From NCBI GenBank assembly GCA_019752575.1, contig JAIELW010000013.1, forward strand, positions 82,573-146,572: a stretch of DNA of 64,000 nt, in the 5' to 3' direction. Source of the DNA: Xanthobacteraceae bacterium. Lineage in GTDB: Bacteria > Pseudomonadota > Alphaproteobacteria > Rhizobiales > Xanthobacteraceae. Under the pieces are notes generated by a model. The model ran no database searches. It was not told the DNA's origin and was given only the letters and a program-made list of their open reading frames with translations. Shown here piece by piece: positions 60,801 to 64,000 of the stretch. The position numbers and the translations under genes were made by a program. Numbering within the stretch: the stretch's first letter is position 1; every line of letters begins with the position of its first letter.

Positions 60801-62674
60801 GCGCGTGCGAGCGTCATATCGTGCAGCCACACTGTGCCGCCCGCGGCTTCTTCGCGCTCGACGACATAGGTGCGTTCGTCGATGACGGAGAAACCCATGT
60901 TTTCGAGCAGCGGCACGCGCTCGGAGAGCGGCAACGGCCGTTCGCAATTCCAGACTTTCAGGTTGACGGATTTCTTGTCCGCATCCGCAGCGCGATAGAA
61001 ATTGATCGCAAGCGGCTTCTCTTTCGAGAGGTTCTCGATGACGCGGATGTCCGCAACCACGTTCCTTGCGGAAAAAGCCTCGCGATAGGCGGCGGAAAGC
61101 GCTCCGCCGTAATTCGTCTCCAACTCGCGCGCTTTTACCGCATCGAAGGCATCGGCCAGTTCCTGCGAAAATTCGTCGTGCCAGCTTCGCACGATCGCGG
61201 CGACCCCGGCTTCGAGTTCGGCGCGAGAGGGATTCGGCGTCTCGCCCGAGTCGCGCCCAATGATGAAATGAACGCGCGTGAGCGAACCGTCGGGGAAATA
61301 AGGATAGAACGCCGAGAGCCGCCCCTGATAGATCTGCGCGAGAAAAGCGCCGATCTTCGCGCGGGTCACGCTGTCGTAGCGCTCGCGCGGAACGTAAACG
61401 AGCACCGAGACGAAACGGTTGAAACGGTCGCGCCGCGACAGCACGCGGATGCGCGGCCGCTCTTCGAGTTGCAAAATCGAGAGCGAAAACTGCAGGAGCG
61501 TGTCGCGGTCGATCTGAAAGAGATCGTCGCGCGGATAGGTTTCCAGCACATTTGCGAGTGCCTTACCCGAATGGCTTTCCGGTGCGAAGCCCGCGTGATC
61601 GAGCACAAAAGCCGACTTGCGCCGCAGATAGGGAATCTTGAATACGGATTCGCGATAGACCGGCGACGTGAACAGGCCGACGATTCTGCGCTCGCCCACG
61701 AGCTTGCCGCTTTTGTCGAAGCGTTTGATGCCGATGTAATCCATGTGCGCGCGTCGATGCACGCGCGAGCGCAAGTTCGCTTTGGTGACGATCAACGGCA
61801 GCGGCAGTTTCAGAAACTCGCGCAGTTCCGCGGTGGTGCCGACCGGCTCGCCAGCGCGGCTTAAGACGCGAATGTCGCGGCGGCGCAAAATGCCGAGGCC
61901 GGTTTCGTAAAGCGGCTCCAGCGAAATATTGTCGCCGCTTCCCATCACGACATTGTCGCGGCAGCCGAGCAAAGTGAACTGCCCGTCGCGCAGCCACTTC
62001 ATGAAAGCGACCGCTTCTTGCAGTTCTTCTTCCGGCAACGGGTGCGATTTCTTCTGCAGGCCGTCGATCACCTCGTCGGCATATTCGAGCATCGCCGGCC
62101 AGTCCGCCACGCAGACACGCACGTCTTCCAGCGTGCCGCGCAAGGCGTCCGCGATCTTCGCATGGCGCGATTCGTCGATGCGATCGGCGTGAATATGAAT
62201 GAAGCTCTCGCGGCGCTTCTTCTTGCCGTCTTTCGCGAGCCCGCGCCATTCGACGAGCTTGCCGCTGTCGTCGCGATCCACCGTAAAGATCGGATGCGCG
62301 GCTAGCCTTACGCTCAATCCTTGCTCGCCGAGCTCTCCCGCAATCGAGTCGAGCAGAAACGGCATATCGTCGTTCTCGATCTCGACCACGGTGATCGAGC
62401 CAAGTCCGCCGTCTTTCGAAACGGGTGCGGGATTGTAGATGCGTATATCGGCTTTGCCTTGCGCGCGGGCGGCCAGATGCGCGTAGCTCTGCAGCGCGAG
62501 TGCGGCGAGGTCCTGCGCGCTATAGGGCTCGAGATCCTCCGGCGAGGCGGCGCCGAAAAGCGCGGTCACGAAATCGGGCGGCAGCTTCTTCTCTGCCACG
62601 AGCTTACTGGCTTCCTTGAGCAAAAGCTCGGCCCCGGCGCTGCCGCCGGCCGCAAACTTCCCCGCGATGTTCAT
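57839..62674 (-). CDS. NAD-specific glutamate dehydrogenase, large (about 180 kDa) class
   Basis: 1611-aa ORF. The catalytic core [41 protein letters not shown] and the length are characteristic of the GdhB-type large NAD-GDH. Confidence 0.93.
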   Translation of the reverse strand: [1611 protein letters not shown]

Positions 62675-62836
62675 TCTGGCGCCTCCCTGCTCCCCCGAGA
62701 GGACCGGCCGTTCTCGTGCGAAGCGGCGCCGGTTCCCGTCAGTTTCTGCTTCCGCAAACCTGCTGTCGAGACCCCGCAGTTTCAGCCGGGCTTTCCGGCT
62801 GTTAGGCTTGCTCTACACGCCAAAAAGGACACGACC

Positions 62837-63433
62837 ATGAAGGCCGCAGGCAATCCGGCAGCAGCCCCGAATCAGGAAAAGGTGATCGCGCTCGATCTAA
62901 CCCCCGCCGAACTCGACGAGGCGATGAAAGCCTATTTCGCGAAATGCCAGGAGAAGCTGGGCTTCATTCCGAACGTGCTCAAGGCTTATTCGTTCGATCT
63001 TGCGAAGCTCAAGGCCTTTGTCGCGATGTCCGACGACCTGATGCTCGGCAAATCGGGGCTTTCGAAAATCGAGCGCGAGATGATCGCGGTTGTCGTCTCC
63101 TGCGCGAACCATTGCCATTATTGCCTGGTCGCGCATGGCGCGGTGCTGCGAAAACTGACCGGCAACCCGATGCTTGCGGAAACCGTCGTCGCGAATTACC
63201 GCGCGGCGGAGCTCGCTGCGCGTACCCGCGCAATGCTCGATTTCTCGTGGAAACTCACCGAGTCGCCGTGGGAAGTCGGCGAGGAAGATCGCGAGGCACT
63301 CCGGAAAGTGGGGTTCTCCGATCGCGATATCTGGGATATTTCCGCGGTCGCCGGTTTCTTCAATATGTCGAACCGCATGGCGACCGCCTCCGGCAACGAG
63401 CCGAACGCCGAATATTATTCGATGGCGCGTTGA
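62837..63433 (+). CDS. peroxidase-related enzyme, carboxymuconolactone decarboxylase (AhpD-like) family
   Basis: 198 aa from ATG 62837. CxxC-containing motif SCANHCHYCLVAHG, typical of the AhpD-like fold. Confidence 0.85.
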   Translation: MKAAGNPAAAPNQEKVIALDLTPAELDEAMKAYFAKCQEKLGFIPNVLKAYSFDLAKLKAFVAMSDDLMLGKSGLSKIEREMIAVVVSCANHCHYCLVAHGAVLRKLTGNPMLAETVVANYRAAELAARTRAMLDFSWKLTESPWEVGEEDREALRKVGFSDRDIWDISAVAGFFNMSNRMATASGNEPNAEYYSMAR

Positions 63434-63580
63434 TTAAAGCAGAACGGGCTTGTTCGGGAACTCGCCTTGTTCATGGCACCGGGCGGAAAATGTCCGGCCA
63501 GCACCTTGCCGCAGATTTCGATCTGCCTCCCCGCGCGGAATTCGCGTGAAGCACACGCGGCCTGCTAGAAGAGCTCCGAT

Positions 63581-64000
63581 ATGAAGCCTCCCGGATTTTT
63601 GATCCGCCGCGCGCTTGCACTCGTCAGCGCAGCGGCAGTTCTGTTCGCAGCCGGCACGCAGGTCTTGCCGCAGCCGGCATCCGATCCTGCGACTGACATC
63701 GTCAAGCTTGCCGGCACGATCAGGCCGGTTGTTGCGAAGAACGGCATGGTGACGTCGCAGAACGCGATTGCAACGCGCATTGGCGTCGAGATTCTCGAAA
63801 AGGGCGGCAACGCGGTTGATGCGGCGGTCGCGGTCGGATTTGCGCTCGCGGTCACGCATCCGCGCGCGGGCAATCTCGGCGGCGGTGGCTTCTTCGTGAT
63901 CTGGCTCGCGGAGAAACAACAAGCCGTCGCACTCGACTTTCGCGAGGCCGCGCCCGCGCTGATCGACGCGAAAAGTTTTCTCGATGAGAACGGCAAGCCC
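63581..64000 (+). CDS. ggt: gamma-glutamyltransferase, N-terminal 140 codons (runs off the window end)
   Basis: Hand translation from ATG 63581: MKPPGFLIRRALALVSAAAVLFAAG... (signal peptide), then AKNGMVTSQNAIATRIGVEILEKGGNAVDAAVAVGFALAVTHPRAGNLGGGGF. It is open to the window end, hence absent from the ORF track. Confidence 0.88.
   Translation, partial: MKPPGFLIRRALALVSAAAVLFAAGTQVLPQPASDPATDIVKLAGTIRPVVAKNGMVTSQNAIATRIGVEILEKGGNAVDAAVAVGFALAVTHPRAGNLGGGGFFVIWLAEKQQAVALDFREAAPALIDAKSFLDENGKP

Noticed and set aside
62797-62811. GG...TTGC element (GGCTGTTAGGCTTGC) as a sigma54 promoter near the gdh/AhpD-like spacer.
   Set aside because: The GG-to-GC spacing is one nt longer than the strict -24/-12 geometry, and the -24 element lacks the TGGCAC core.

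Overview
This is a visibly GC-rich alphaproteobacterial chromosome segment. Several gene orders point to Hyphomicrobiales, probably a Bradyrhizobiaceae/Nitrobacteraceae-like organism: acnA divergent from ccmA-B-C-D-G, dapF-mtaB-ftsY, hemC-hemD-mic60-hemY and tsaD-gpsA-yciI-EVE. The nested-palindrome intergenic repeats fit the same group. I support 65 protein-coding genes (two truncated by the window edges) and two tRNAs (Ala-CGC, Thr-CGT). I also list several intrinsic terminators, six REP-like palindromic repeat loci and a handful of candidate regulatory sites. There is no rRNA, CRISPR array, transposase, integrase or phage gene. Almost all long ORFs lying opposite the called genes are high-GC shadow ORFs.

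The window is mostly housekeeping: SRP components, cytochrome c maturation, aconitase, heme synthesis, translation factors, purine and arginine synthesis, acetyl-CoA synthetase and a giant NAD-glutamate dehydrogenase. Two small modules look accessory: LysR plus tandem SnoaL-like genes, and a serine hydrolase divergent from an alpha/beta hydrolase-MarR pair.

I did not find a convincing novel multi-gene system. The best leads are:
- an orphan non-coding transcript candidate at about 12.0-12.25 kb;
- a ybhL-type leader candidate upstream of the Bax-inhibitor-1 family gene;
- a cluster of mitochondria-related protein families (Mic60-like, METTL20-like, SDHAF4-like);
- a tandem pair of uncharacterised membrane paralogs;
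- a small membrane protein translationally coupled to argG;
- several candidate operators and promoters.

Start codons were chosen by hand from the ORF track (homology-style N-termini, Shine-Dalgarno spacing, ATGA/GTGA overlaps) and are less certain than stop positions. No database search or folding computation was possible.
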